A DNA stretch of 64,000 nt from positions 40,635 through 104,634 of the forward strand of contig RDEW01000037.1 in NCBI GenBank assembly GCA_011109175.1, given 5' to 3'. Shown piece by piece: positions 47,540 through 61,754 of this stretch. The DNA comes from Dicyema japonicum (taxonomy: Eukaryota > Animalia > Dicyemida). Within the stretch, counting starts at the first letter, position 1. Each line of letters starts with the position of its first letter. Below the pieces are notes generated by a model. That model had not been told where the DNA came from. It was given only the letters and a program-made list of their open reading frames with translations, and did not search any database. A program made the translations under genes and the position numbers.

Positions 47540-50500
47540 AGAATTCATAATGTGTTAAGGATTAGAATTCTATAGTGCATATCAAGTCACAAGTAGTGTA
47601 GAATTACTTTAGTCGATTGTATGATGAGCATGATTATCTAATTATTAACTAAAATTTTTTTGATAAAAGAATTGTGCATATCAAGTCGCAAGTAGTGTAT
47701 AATAACTTTCGTAGATTGTGTAATGATCATGATTACCAAATTCATTACTATAATATTTTGGAAAAGCTATATTGCATAACATTTCACATGTAAAGTAGAA
47801 TAATTTCTATATTGTGTAATGATCATTATTATCTAATTCATTACAATAATATAGATAAATCTCTATAATGCATATCAAGTGAAAATTATGTTGAATATTT
47901 TTCGTTAATTATTTAATGATCTTCAATCTCTAATTGAGTACATTTATACGATCAGAATTGTGTGATGATCATTATTATCTATTTCTTTACTAAAATTTTT
48001 TTTGATAAAGGTATTGTGCGAATCAGGTTCACAATTAATATATAATAACTTTCGTAGATTGTGTAATGATCATGATTACCTAATTCATTACTATAATATT
48101 TTGAAAAAGCTATATTGCATAACATTTCACATGTAAAGTAGAATAATTTCTATATTGTGTAATGATCAATATTATCAAATTCATACAATAATATAGATAA
48201 ATTCTATAATGCATATAAAGTGAAAATTATGTTGAATATCTTTCTTGATCATTTAATGATCTTGAACTCTAATTGAGTACATTTATACTGTCAGAACCTA
48301 TATTGCATAACAATTCACAATAGTTTTGAGATACTTATTACATAATTAAATGATCAAGATTCTCAAATATCATCCATTAATATATGAAAAACCAAAATTG
48401 TGAATTGATCATTATTACCTAATTCATTACAATAATATTTTGATAAATCTATACTTCATAAAAAATCACATGTTAAGTAGAATATTTTCGTAGATTGTTT
48501 ATTGATCATTATTATCTAATTCATTCAATAATATAGAATAATTCTATAGTGCATATCAATTAACAAGTAACAATGAGAATTTTCATCAATTGTGTAATGA
48601 TCATGATTATCATAACATTCACATGTAAAGTAGAATAATTTCTATATTATCATTATTATAATTATTATATTGAGTAAAATCTATACTTCATAAAAAATCA
48701 CATGTTAAGTAGAATATTTTCGTAGATTGTTTATTGATCATTATTATCTAATTCATTACAATAATATGGAATAATTCTATAGTGCATATCAATTAACAAG
48801 TAACAATAAGAATTTTCATCAATTGTGTAATGATCATGATTATCATAACATTTCACATGTAAAGTAGAATAATTTCTACATTGTGTAATGATCATTATTA
48901 TCAAATTCATTACAATAATATAGATAAATTCAATAGTGCATATCGATTCACAAGTAACACTTAGAATTTTCTTCAATTGTGTGATGATCATGATTACCTA
49001 ATTCATTACTATAATATTTTGAAAAAGCTATATTGCATAACAATTCACATGTAAAGTAGAATAATTTCTATATTGTGTTATGATCATTATTATCTAATTC
49101 TTTACTAAAATTTTTTTGATAATGCTATAAGAAAAATATCACATGTAATGTAGAAAATTTTCGGAGATTGCGTATTGATCATTATTATCTAGTTCATTAC
49201 AATAATATGGAATAATTCTATAGTGCATATCAATTAACAAGAACACTAAGAATTTTCGTCAATTGTGTAATGATCATGATTATCTAATTCATTACAATAA
49301 TATAGATAAATTCTATAATGCATATCAAGTGAAAATTATGTTGAATATTTTTCGTTAATTAATTAATGATCTTCAATCTCTAATTGAGTACATTTATACG
49401 ATCAGAATTGTGTGATGATCATTATTATCTAATTCTTTACTAAATTTTTTGATAAAGTTATTGTGCGATTCAGGTCACAATTAATATATTAATAACTTTC
49501 GAAGATTATGTAATGATCATTATTATCAAATCATTACAATAATATAGATAAATTCTATAATGCGTATAAAGTATGAAAATTATGTTGAATATCTTTCTTG
49601 ATCATTTAATGATCTTGAACTCTAAATTGAGTACATTAATACTGTCAGAACCTATATTGCATAACAATTCACAATAGATTTGAAATACTTATTACATAAT
49701 TAAATGATCAAGATTCTCAAATATTCATCCATTAATATATGAAAAACCAAAATTGTGAATTGATCATGATTACCTAATTCATTACTATAATGTTTTGATA
49801 AATCTATACTTCACTAAAATTCACATGTTAAGTAGAATATTTTCGTAGATTGTTTATTGATCATTATTATCTAATTCATTACAATAATATGGAATAATTC
49901 TATAGTGCATATCAATTAACAAGTAACAATAAGAATTTTCATCAATTGTGTAATGATCATGATTATCATAACATTCACATGTAAAGTAGAATAATTTCTA
50001 TATTGTCATTATTATCTAATTATTATATTGATAAATCTATACTTCATAAAAAATCACATGTTAAGTAGAATATTTTCGTAGATTGTTTATTGATCATTAT
50101 TATCGAATTCATTACAATAATATGGAATAATTCTATAGTGCATATCAATTAACAAGTAACAATAAGAATTTTCATCAATTTGTGTAATGATCATGATTAT
50201 CATAACATTCACATGTAAAGTAGAATAATTTCTATATTGTCATTATTATCTAATTATTATATTGATAAATCTATACTTCATAAAAAATCACATGTTAAGT
50301 AGAATATTTTCGTAGATTGTTTATTGATCATTATTATCTAATTCATTACAATAATATGGAATAATTCTATAGTGCATATCAATTAACAAGTAACAATAAG
50401 AATTTTCATCAATTGTGTAATGATCATGATTATCATAACATTCACATGTAAAGTAGAATAATTTCTATATTGTCATTATTATCTAATTATTATATTGATA

Positions 50501-53500
50501 AATCTATACTTCATAAAAAATCACATGTTAAGTAGAATATTTTCGTAGATTGTTTATTGATCATTATTATCTAATTCATTACAATAATATGGAATAATTC
50601 TATAGTGCATATCAATTAACAAGTAACAATAAGAATTTTCATCAATTGTGTAATGATCATGATTATCATAACATTCACATGTAAAGTAGAATAATTTCTA
50701 TATTGTCATTATTATCTAATTATTATATTGATAAATCTATACTTCATAAAAAATCACATGTTAAGTAGAATATATTCGTAGATTGTTTATTGATCATTAT
50801 TATCTAATTCATTACAATAATATGGAATAATTCTATAGTGCATATCAATTAACAAGTAACAATAAGAATTTTCATCAATTGTGTAATGATCATGATTATC
50901 ATAACATTTCACATGTAAAGTAGAATAATTTCTACATTGTGTAATGATCATTATTATCAAATTCATTACAATAATATAGATAAATTCAATAGTGCATATC
51001 GATTCACAAGTAACACTTAGAATTTTCTTCAATTGTGTGATGATCATGATTACCTAATTCATACTATAATATTTGAAAAAGCTATATTGCATAACATTTC
51101 ACATGTAAAGTAGAATAATTTCTATATTGTGTAATGAACATTATTAGCAAATTCATTACTATAATATTTTGATAATGCTATAGTTCATAACAAATTCACA
51201 TGTAATGTAGAAAATTTTCGGAGATTGCGTATTGATCATTATTATCTAATTCATTACAATAATATAGATAAATTCAATAGTGCATATCAATTCACAAGTA
51301 ACACTTAGAATTTTCTTCAATTGTGTGATGATCATGATTACCTAATTCATTACTATAATATTTTGAAAAAGCTATATTGCATAACATTTCAAATGTAAAG
51401 TAGAATAATTTCTACATTGTGTAATGATCATTATTATCAAATTCATTACAATATATAGATAAATTCAATAGTGCATATCGATTCACAAGTAACACTTAGA
51501 ATTTTCTTCAATTGTGTGATGATCATGATTACCTAATTCATTACTATAATATTTGAAAAAGCTATATTGCATAACATTTCAAATGTAAAGTAGAATAATT
51601 TCTATATTGTGTAATGAACATTATTAGCAAATTCATTACTATAATATTTTGATAATGCTATAGTTCATAACAAATTCACATGTAATGTAGAAAATTTTCG
51701 GAGATTGCGTATTGATCATTATTATCTAGTTCATTACAATAATATGGAATAATTCTATAGTGCATATCAATTAACAAGAACACTAAGAATTTTCGTCAAT
51801 TGTGTAATGATCATGATTATCTAATTCATTACAATAATATAGATAAATTCTATAATGCATATCAAGTGAAAATTATGTTGAATATTTTTCGTTAATTAAT
51901 TAATGATCTTCAATCTCTAATTGAGTACATTTATACGATCAGAATTGTGTGATGATCATTATTATCTAATTCTTTACTAAAATTTTTTTGATAAAGTTAT
52001 TGTGCGATTCAGGTCACAATTAATATATAATAACTTTCGAAGATTGTGTAATGATCATTATTATCAAATTCATTACAATAATATAGATAAATTCTATAAT
52101 GCATATAAAGTGAAAATTATGTTGAATATCTTTCTTGATCATTTAATGATCTTGAACTCTAATTGAGTACATTTATACTGTCAGAACCTATATTGCATAA
52201 CAATTCACAATAGTTTTGAGATACTTATTACATAATTAAATGATCAAGATTCTCAAATATCATCCATTAATATATGAAAAACCAAAATTGTGAATTGATC
52301 ATGATTATCTAATTCATTACTATATATTTTGATAAATCTATACTTCATAAAAATTCACATGTTAAGTAGAATATTTTCGTAGATTGTTTATTGATCATTA
52401 TTATCTAATTCATTACAATAATATGGAATAATTCTATAGTGCATATCAATTAACAAGTAACAATAAGAATTTTCATCAATTGTGTAATGATCATAATTAT
52501 CTAATTCATTACTATAATATTTTGAAAAAGCTATATTGCATAACATTTCACATGTAAAGTAGAATAATTTCTATATTGTGTAATGATCATTATTATCAAA
52601 TTCATTACAATACTATAGATAAATTCAATAGTGCATATCAATTCACAAGTAACACTTAGAATTTTCTTCAATTGTGTGATGATCATGATTACCTAATTCA
52701 TTACTATAATATTTTGAAAAGCTATATTGCATAACAATTCACATGTAAAGTAGAATAATTTCTATATTGTGTAATGATCATTATTATCAAATTCATTACA
52801 ATAATATAGATAAATTCTATAATGCATATAAAGTGAAAATTATGTTGAATATCTTTCTTGATCATTTAATGATCTTGAAATCTAATAGAGTACATTTATT
52901 CTGTCAGAATTGTGTGATGATCATTATTATCTAATTCTTTACTAAAATTTTTTTGATAAAGTTATTGCGCGAATCAGGTCACAATTAATATATAATAACT
53001 TTCGTAGATTGTGTAATGATCATGATTACCTAATTCATTACTATAATATTTTGAAAAAGCTATATGCATAACAATTCACTTAAAGTAGAATAATTTCTAT
53101 ATTGTGTAATGATCATTATTATCTAATTCATTACAATAATATAGATAAATTCTATAATGCATATCAAGTGAAAATTATGTTGAATATCTTTCTTGATCAT
53201 TTAATGATCTTGAACTCTAATTGAGTACATTTATACTGTCAGAATTGTGTGATGATCATTATTATCTAATTCTTTACTAAAATTTTTTTGATAAAGTTAT
53301 TGTGCGAATCAGGTCACAATTAATATATAATAACTTTCGTAGATTGTGTAATGATCATGATTACCTAATTCATTACTATAATATTTTGAAAAAGCTATAG
53401 TGCAAAACAATTCACTTAAAGTATAATTTCTATATTGTGTAATGATCATTATTATCTATTTCATTAAATAATATAGATAAATTCTATAATGCATATCAAG

Positions 53501-56500
53501 TGAAAATTATGTTGAATATTTTTCGTTAATTAATTAATGATCTTGAATCTCTAATTGAGTACATTTATACGATCAGAATTGTGTGATGATCATTATTATC
53601 TAATTCTTTACTAAAATTTTTTTGATAAAGATATTGTGCGAATCAGGTCACAATTAATATATAATAACTTTCGTAGATTGTGTAATGATCATGATTACCT
53701 AATTCATTACTATAATATTTTGATAAAGCTATACTTCATAAAAATTCACATGTTAAGTAGAAAATTTTCGTAGATTGCGTATTGATCATTATCATTTAAT
53801 TCAATACAATAATATGGAATAATTCTATAGTGCATATCACTTAAACAAGTAACACTAAGAATTTTCGTCAATTGTGTAATGATCATGATTATCTAATTCA
53901 TTACTATAATATTTTGAAAAAGCTATATTGCATAACATTTCACATGTAAAGTAGAATAATTTCTATATTGTGTAATGATCATTATTATCAAATTCATTAC
54001 AATAATATAGATAAATTCAATAGTGCATATCAATTCACAAGTAACACTTAGAATTTTCTTCAATTGTGTGATGATCATGATTACCTAATTCATTACTATA
54101 ATATTTTGAAAAAGCTATATTGCATAACATTTCACATGTAAAGTAGAATAATTTCTATATTGTGTAATGATCATTATTATCAAATTCATTACAATAATAT
54201 AGATAAATTCTATAATGCATCTCAAGTGAAAATTATGTTGAATATTTTTCGTTAATTAATTAATGATCTTGAGTACATTTATACGATCAGAATTGTGTGA
54301 TGATCATTATTATCTAATTCTTTACTAAAATTTTTTTGATAAAGTTATTGTGCGAATCAGGTCACAATTAATATATAATAACTTTCGAAGATTGTGTAAT
54401 GATCATTATTATCAAATTCATTACAATAATATAGATAAATTCTATAATGCGTATAAAGTGAAAATTATGTTGAATATTTTTCGTTAATTAATTAATGATC
54501 TTCAATCTCTAATTGAGTACATTTATACGATCAGAATTGTGTGATGATCATTATTATCTAATTCAGAACCTATATTGCATAACAATTCACAATAGTTTTG
54601 AAATACTTATTACATAATTAAATGATCAAGATTCTCAAATATCATCCATTAATATATGAAAAACCAAAATTGTGAATTGATCATGATTACCTAATTCATT
54701 ACTATAATATTTTGATAAAGCTATACTTCATAAAAATTCACATGTTAAGTAGAATATTTTCGTAGATTGTTTATTGATCATTATTATCTAGTTCATTACA
54801 ATAATATGGAATAATTCTATAGTGCATATCAATTAACAAGTAACACTAAGAATTTTCGTCAATTGTGTAATGATCATGATTATCTAATTCATTACAATAA
54901 TATAGATAAATTCTATAATGCATATCAAGTGAAAATTATGTTGAATATTTTTCGTTAATTAATTAATGATCTTCAATCTCTAATTGAGTACATTTATACG
55001 ATCAGAATTGTGTGATGATCATTATTATCTAATTCTTTACTAAAATTTTTTTGATAAAGTTATTGTGCGAATCAGGTCACAATTAATATATAATAACTTT
55101 CGAAGATTGTGTATTGATCATTATTATCAAATTCATTACAATAATATAGATAAATTCTATAATGCGTATAAAGTGAAAATTATGTTGAATATCTTTCTTG
55201 ATCATTTAATGATCTTGAACTCTAATTGAGTACATTTATACTGTCAGAACCTATATTGCATAACAATTCACAATAGTTTTGAAATACTTATTACATAATT
55301 AAATGATCAAGATTCTCAAATATCATCCATTAATATATGAAAAACCAAAATTGTGAATTGATCATGATTACCTAATTCATTACTATAATATTTTGATAAA
55401 GCTATACTTCATAAAAATTCACATGTTAAGTAGAATATTTTCGTAGATTGTTTATTGATCATTATTATCTAATTCATTACAATAATATGGAATAATTCTA
55501 TAGTGCATATCAATTAACAAGTAACAATAAGAATTTTCATCAATTGTGTAATGATCATAATTATCTAATTCATTACTATAATATTTTGAAAAAGCTATAG
55601 TGCAAAACAATTCACTTAAAGTATAATTTCTATATTGTGTAATGATCATTATTATCTAATTCATTAAATAATATAGATAAATTCTATAATGCATCTCAAG
55701 TGAAAATTATGTTGAATATTTTTCGTTAATTAATTAATGATCTTGAATCTCTAATTGAGTACATTTTATACGATCAGAATTGTGTGATGATCATGATTAT
55801 CTAATTCTTTACTAAAATTTTTTTGATAAAGATATCGTGCAAATCAAGTCACAAGTAGTGTATAATAACTTTCGTAGATTGTTTAATGATCAGGATTACC
55901 TAATTCATTACTATAATATTTTGATAATGCTATAGTTCATAACAAATTCACATGTTAAGTAGAAAATTTTCGTAGATTGTGTAATGATCATTATTATCAA
56001 ATTCAATACAATAATATGGAATAATTCTATAGTGCATATCACTTAACAAGTAACACTAAGAATTTTCGTCAATTGTGTAATGATCATGATTATCATAACA
56101 TTCACATGTAAAGTAGAATAATTTCTATATTGTCATTATTATCTAATTATTATATTGATAAATCTATACTTCATAAAAAATCACATGTTAAGTAGAATAT
56201 TTTCGTAGATTGTTTATTGATCATTATTATCTAATTCATTACAATAATATGGAATAATTCTATAGTGCATATCAATTAACAAGTAACAATAAGAATTTTC
56301 ATCAATTGTGTAATGATCATGATTATCATAACATTCACATGTAAAGTAGAATAATTTCTATTGTCATTATCTAATTATTATATTGATAAATCTATACTTC
56401 ATAAAAAATCACATGTAATGTAGAAAATTTTCGTAGATTGCGTATTGATCATTATTATCTAATTCATTACAATAATATGGAATAATTCTATAGTGCATAT

Positions 56501-59500
56501 CAATTAACAAGTAACAATAAGAATTTTCATCAATTGTGTAATGATCATGATTATCATAACATTTCACATGTAAAGTAGAATAATTTCTACATTGTGTAAT
56601 GATCATTATTATCAAATTCATTACAATAATATAGATAAATTCAATAGTGCATATCGATTCACAAGTAACACTTAGAATTTTCTTCAATTGTGTGATGATC
56701 ATGATTACCTAATTCATTACTATAATATTTTGAAAAAGCTATATTGCATAACATTTCACATGTAAAGTAGAATAATTTCTATATTGTGTAATGAACATTA
56801 TTAGCAAATTCATTACTATAATATTTTGATAATGCTATAGTTCATAACAAATTCACATGTAATGTAGAAAATTTTCGTAGATTGCGTATTGATCATTATT
56901 ATCTAGTTCATTACAATAATATGGAATAATTCTATAGTGCATATCAATTAACAAGAACACTAAGAATTTTCGTCAATTGTGTAATGATCATTATTATCTA
57001 ATTCATTACAATAATATAGATAAATTCTATAGTGCATATCAAGTGAAAATTATGTTGAATATTTTTCGTTAATTAATTAATGATCTTCAATCTCTAATTG
57101 AGTACATTTATACGATCAGAATTGTGTGATGATCATTATTATCTAATCTTTACTAAAATTTTTTTGATAAAGTTATTGTGCGAATCAGGTCACAATTAAT
57201 ATATAATAACTTTCGAAGATTGTGTATTGATCATTATTATCAAATTCATTACAATAATATAGATAAATTCTATAATGCGTATAAAGTGAAAATTATGTTG
57301 AATATCTTTCTTGATCATTTAATGATCTTGAACTCTAATTGAGTACATTTATACTGTCAGAACCTATATTGCATAACAATTCACAATAGTTTTGAGATAC
57401 TTATTACATAATTAAATGATCAAGATTCTCAAATATCATCCATTAATATATGAAAAACCAAAATTGTGAATTGATCATGATTACCTAATTCATTACTATA
57501 ATATTTTGATAAAGCTATACTTCATAAAAATTCACATGTTAAGTAGAATATTTTCGTAGATTGTTTATTGATCATTATTATCTAATTCATTACAATAATA
57601 TGGAATAATTCTATAGTGCATATCAATTAACAAGTAACAATAAGAAATTTTTCATCAATTGTGTAATGATCATAATTATCTAATTCATTACTATAATATT
57701 TTGAAAAAGCTATATTGCATAACATTTCACATGTAAGTAGAATAATTTCTATATGTATTATGATCATTATTATAAATTCATTACAATATATAGATAAATT
57801 CAATAGTGCATATCAATTCACAAGTAACACTTAGAATTTTCTTCAATTGTGTGATGATCATGATTATTCATTACTTTGAAAAGCTATATTGCATAACATT
57901 TCACATGTAAAGTAGAATAATTTCTATATTGTGTAATGATCATTATTATCAAATTCATTACAATAATATAGATAAATTCAATAATGCATATCAAGTGAAA
58001 ATTGTGTTGAATATCTTTCTTATCATTTAATGATCTTGAACTCTAATGAGTACATATTTCTGTCAGAATTGTGTGATGATCATTATTATCTAATTCTTTA
58101 CTAAAATTTTTTTTGATAAAGTTATTGTGCGAATCAGGTCACAATTAATATATAATAACTTTCGTAGATTGTGTAATGATCATGATTACCTAATTCATTA
58201 CTATAATTTTGAAAAGCTATATGCAAACATTCACTTAAAGTAATAATTTCTATATTGTGTAATGATCATTATTATCTATTCATTAAATAATATAGATAAA
58301 TTCTATAATGCATATCAAGTGAAAATTATGTTGAATATTTTTCGTTAATTAATTAATGATCTTCAATCTCTAATTGAGTACATTTATACGATCAGAATTG
58401 AGTGATGATCATTATTATCTAATTCTTTACTAAAATTTTTTTGATAAAGTTATTGTGCGAATCAGGTCACAATTAATATATAATAACTTTCGAAGATTGT
58501 GTAATGAACATTATTATCAAATTCATTACTATAATATAGATAAATTCTATAATGCATATAAAGTGAAAATTATGTTGAATATCTTTCTTGATCATTTAAT
58601 GATCTTGAACTCTAATTGAGTACATTTATACTGTCAGAACCTATATTGCATAACAATTCACAATAGTTTTGAGATACTTATTACATAATTAAATGATCAA
58701 GATTCTCAAATATCATCCATTAATATATGAAAAACCAAAATTGTGAATTGATCATGATTACCTAATTCATTACTATAATATTTTGATAAATCTATACTTC
58801 ATAAAAAATCACATGTTAAGTAGAATATTTTCGTAGATTGTTTATTGATCATTATTATCTAATTCATTACAATAATATGGAATAATTCTATAGTGCATAT
58901 CAATTAACAAGTAACAATGAGAATTTTCATCAATTGTGTAATGATCATGATTATCTAATTCATTACTATAATATTTTGAAAAAGCTATAGTGCATAACAT
59001 TTGACATGTAAAGTAGAATAATTTCTATATTGTGTAATGATCATTATTATCAAATTCATTACAATAATATAGATAAATTCTATAATGCATATCAAGTGAA
59101 AATTATGTTGAATATCTTTCTTGATCATTTAATGATCTTGAACTCTAATGAGTACATTTATCTGTCAGAATTGTGTGATGATCATTATTATCTAATTCTT
59201 TACTAAAATTTTTTGATAAAGTTATGTGCGAATCATTCACAATTAATATATAATAACTTTCGAAGATTGTGTAATGATCATTATTATCAAATTCATTACA
59301 ATAATATAGATAAATTCTATAATGCGTATTAAGTGAAAATTATGTTGAATATTTTCGTAAAAATTAATTAATCTCTAATGAGTAGGTTCTGACAGTATAA
59401 ATGTACTCAATTAGAGTTCAAGATCATTAAATGATCAAGAAAGATATTCAACATAATTTTCACTTGATATGCATTATAGAATTTATCTATATTATTGTAA

Positions 59501-59806
59501 TGAATTAGATAATAATGATCATTACACAGTAAAGAAATTATTCTACTTTAAGTGAAATGTTGTGCATATAGCTTTTTCAAAATATTATTGTAATGAATTA
59601 GGAAATCATGATCATCACACAATCTACGAAAGTTATTATATATTAATTGTGACCTGATTTGCACATTAACTTTATCAAAAAAATTTTAGTAAAGAATTAG
59701 ATAATCATGATCATTACACAATTCTGATCGTATAAATGTACTCAATTAGAGTTCAAGATCATTAAATGATCAAGAAAGATTTTCAACATAATTTTCACTT
59801 GATATG
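47540..59806. repeat. AT-rich satellite array, ~96-bp monomer with irregular higher-order structure; last ~420 bp inverted
   Basis: Core ttgtgtaatgatcattattatctaattcattacaataatat recurs at ~95-96 bp spacing (gatca at 51234, 51330, 51426, 51521); at least 8 recurring variable segments. Confidence 0.97.
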
Positions 59807-59921
59807 NNNNNNNNNNNNNNNNNNNNNNNNNNNNNNNNNNNNNNNNNNNNNNNNNNNNNNNNNNNNNNNNNNNNNNNNNNNNNNNNNNNNNNNNNNNNNN
59901 NNNNNNNNNNNNNNNNNNNNN
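59807..59921. other. Assembly gap (115 N)
   Basis: Run of N. Confidence 0.99.
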
Positions 59922-60175
59922 AATTTTCTATTCGCCAACGGACGAAACCTGATCTGGGACGCGACGTGTGTTGATACTTATTCCCCGTCTAATTTGGTTG
60001 CTTCTGCTTCAGACCCAGGACATGCTTCAAAGCAGGCCGAGGAACGAAAGAGGAGGAAGTACCAGAGAATTTCGGAGGAGTATCTTTTTGTTCCATTCGC
60101 GGTGGAAACGTCAGGAATCCTTGGCCCCAAGCAGATGAGTTGGTTCGTATGATCGGCTCCATGATTCAAGCTGAT
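59922..60175 (+). mobile_element. CRE-like family 3 fragment, near-identical to 34503-34752
   Basis: FANGRNLIWDATCVDTYSPSNLVASASDPGHASKQAEERKRRKYQ. Confidence 0.9.
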
Positions 60176-60249
60176 TTGGGAATTGGCAAATTTCAGAATT
60201 TAATCAATAGTTATTGGGTAACTTCTCATCGATAAAAATAACTAAATTT

Positions 60250-60870
60250 GATTTTATTACGAAAAAAAATCTATCTAAAAAATAAAGTTCTAAATTTTAT
60301 TGAAAAAAATCGATTCCCATTTGCTTCTTTTTTAAATTTCTAATATTTGCATTAAATCGTCTAATAGATGTAATAAATACGACATCCACTTCGTTTTTAA
60401 CGTTCTCAAGAAGATCCTTTTTAATATTGCTTAACTTTGATGCTATTTCATTCTTTTAAGGGGTTTCAGTTCTGTAATATCTTCATGGATGATTACTTCA
60501 TTATCATCAATTAATGATGCTATTTCTTCTTCATCTATTGCATTTTTTTCAGAATAATTTATAGACATAAATTATTCGATTTCAATCGGATCGTGAATAT
60601 ACGTATTAGATATTATTACTTAGTTTCACATTTACTAAAGGTGTGCTAGTACCCGATTTTTTAGAATTTGAAAACAATTTTTGATTGTTTTAGGGGATAC
60701 ATCTTCCCAGGCCATTTTTATAAATAGAACAATGACTTTAAGGTTCATTTTTATCATAAACTGATATGTTTTTTTCCAATAATCCACTAAGATACTCCAA
60801 TTTGTGTCTATTAAAGTGGACTTCGAATGTTTTAATAATTCCCAAATCCATGCAAAGAGACTCACTCTCT
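60250..60870 (-). mobile_element. Tigger/pogo transposase, C-terminal part
   Basis: MDLGIIKTF (third catalytic D region) and AWEDVSPKTIKNCF. Confidence 0.75.
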
Positions 60871-61054
60871 CCCCAGCTGTTTATTCTGGTAATGGACCCA
60901 ATAAGCCGAATATTAGTTATAAAACTCCCTTAGATATGTATTGATCAGAGTGATCCGTCTATTATGACATATGCAACTATCCATTTTCTTCATATAGACG
61001 ACATGAAAATGACCTGAAAAAATTTAAAGTTATAGATTTGACAAATTTAAATGA

Positions 61055-61200
61055 TAGATTTTATGTATCTCACCCACTCCTTTTTATTATCCAAACTCAT
61101 CATTTTCGACAAACTTCTTATGATCGTCTGGTTAAATCTCTCCACAATCCCTTGACTAGCGTGGATAATATTTTATTTTGTGGTGTGGTATGCCAACAAA
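61055..61200 (-). mobile_element. rve integrase core fragment
   Basis: HASQGIVERFNQTIIRSLSKMM...KEWVRYI. Confidence 0.65.
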
Positions 61201-61389
61201 AAATTATTTTAATTTCCATAAAATAAAAAAATAATAAATGTTAATAACGTCAAGAATAATCTGACTTAATAGAAAAATATAGTGATTTTCTTTTTCTTTT
61301 TTTTATTATAGATTCAATTAGATTGATAGGTTTGACAGGTGTCACACTCGCTTTCTGCACTCGGTCGCTCACGACATATTAATTTTTTT

Positions 61390-61453
61390 AGATGTCATTT
61401 TTTAGAAATTTTAGTTGCCATAGATGTCATTTTTTAGAAATTTTAGTTGCCAT
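61390..61453. repeat. 32-bp tandem duplication
   Basis: agatgtcattttttagaaattttagttgccat x2. Confidence 0.85.
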
Positions 61454-61754
61454 AAAATTGCCCTAAGTATTTCCAAATGACATCTTTTAATTTTGGAATT
61501 CAAATACAGATCCTACAATCATTGGAACTTAGGTATTATATCTACCATCTCATCAATGCTCAAGAAAAGACATATATGTGTACATGTACGTCTCAATTTT
61601 CATTTTGGCTAATGGCCTCTGTATTCTCGACCTAAATCTCATATGTTTGAACAGTTGCATCCTCATTTTGTTTTTAAAGTGTTTTAATTATTAATGTCAA
61701 TAATTGCATCTGTTCCTTTTCGTTATATCAATAATAGTGCGCAACTATAGGTGC

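Noticed and set aside
48731-56702. Four MIITQ... ORFs on the minus strand
   Set aside because: They are chance open frames in repeated satellite monomers, with no domain features.
47540-59806. CRISPR-like array (conserved core plus variable segments)
   Set aside because: The variable segments recur many times and are homologous to each other, there are no cas genes, and the context is eukaryotic. It is satellite DNA.
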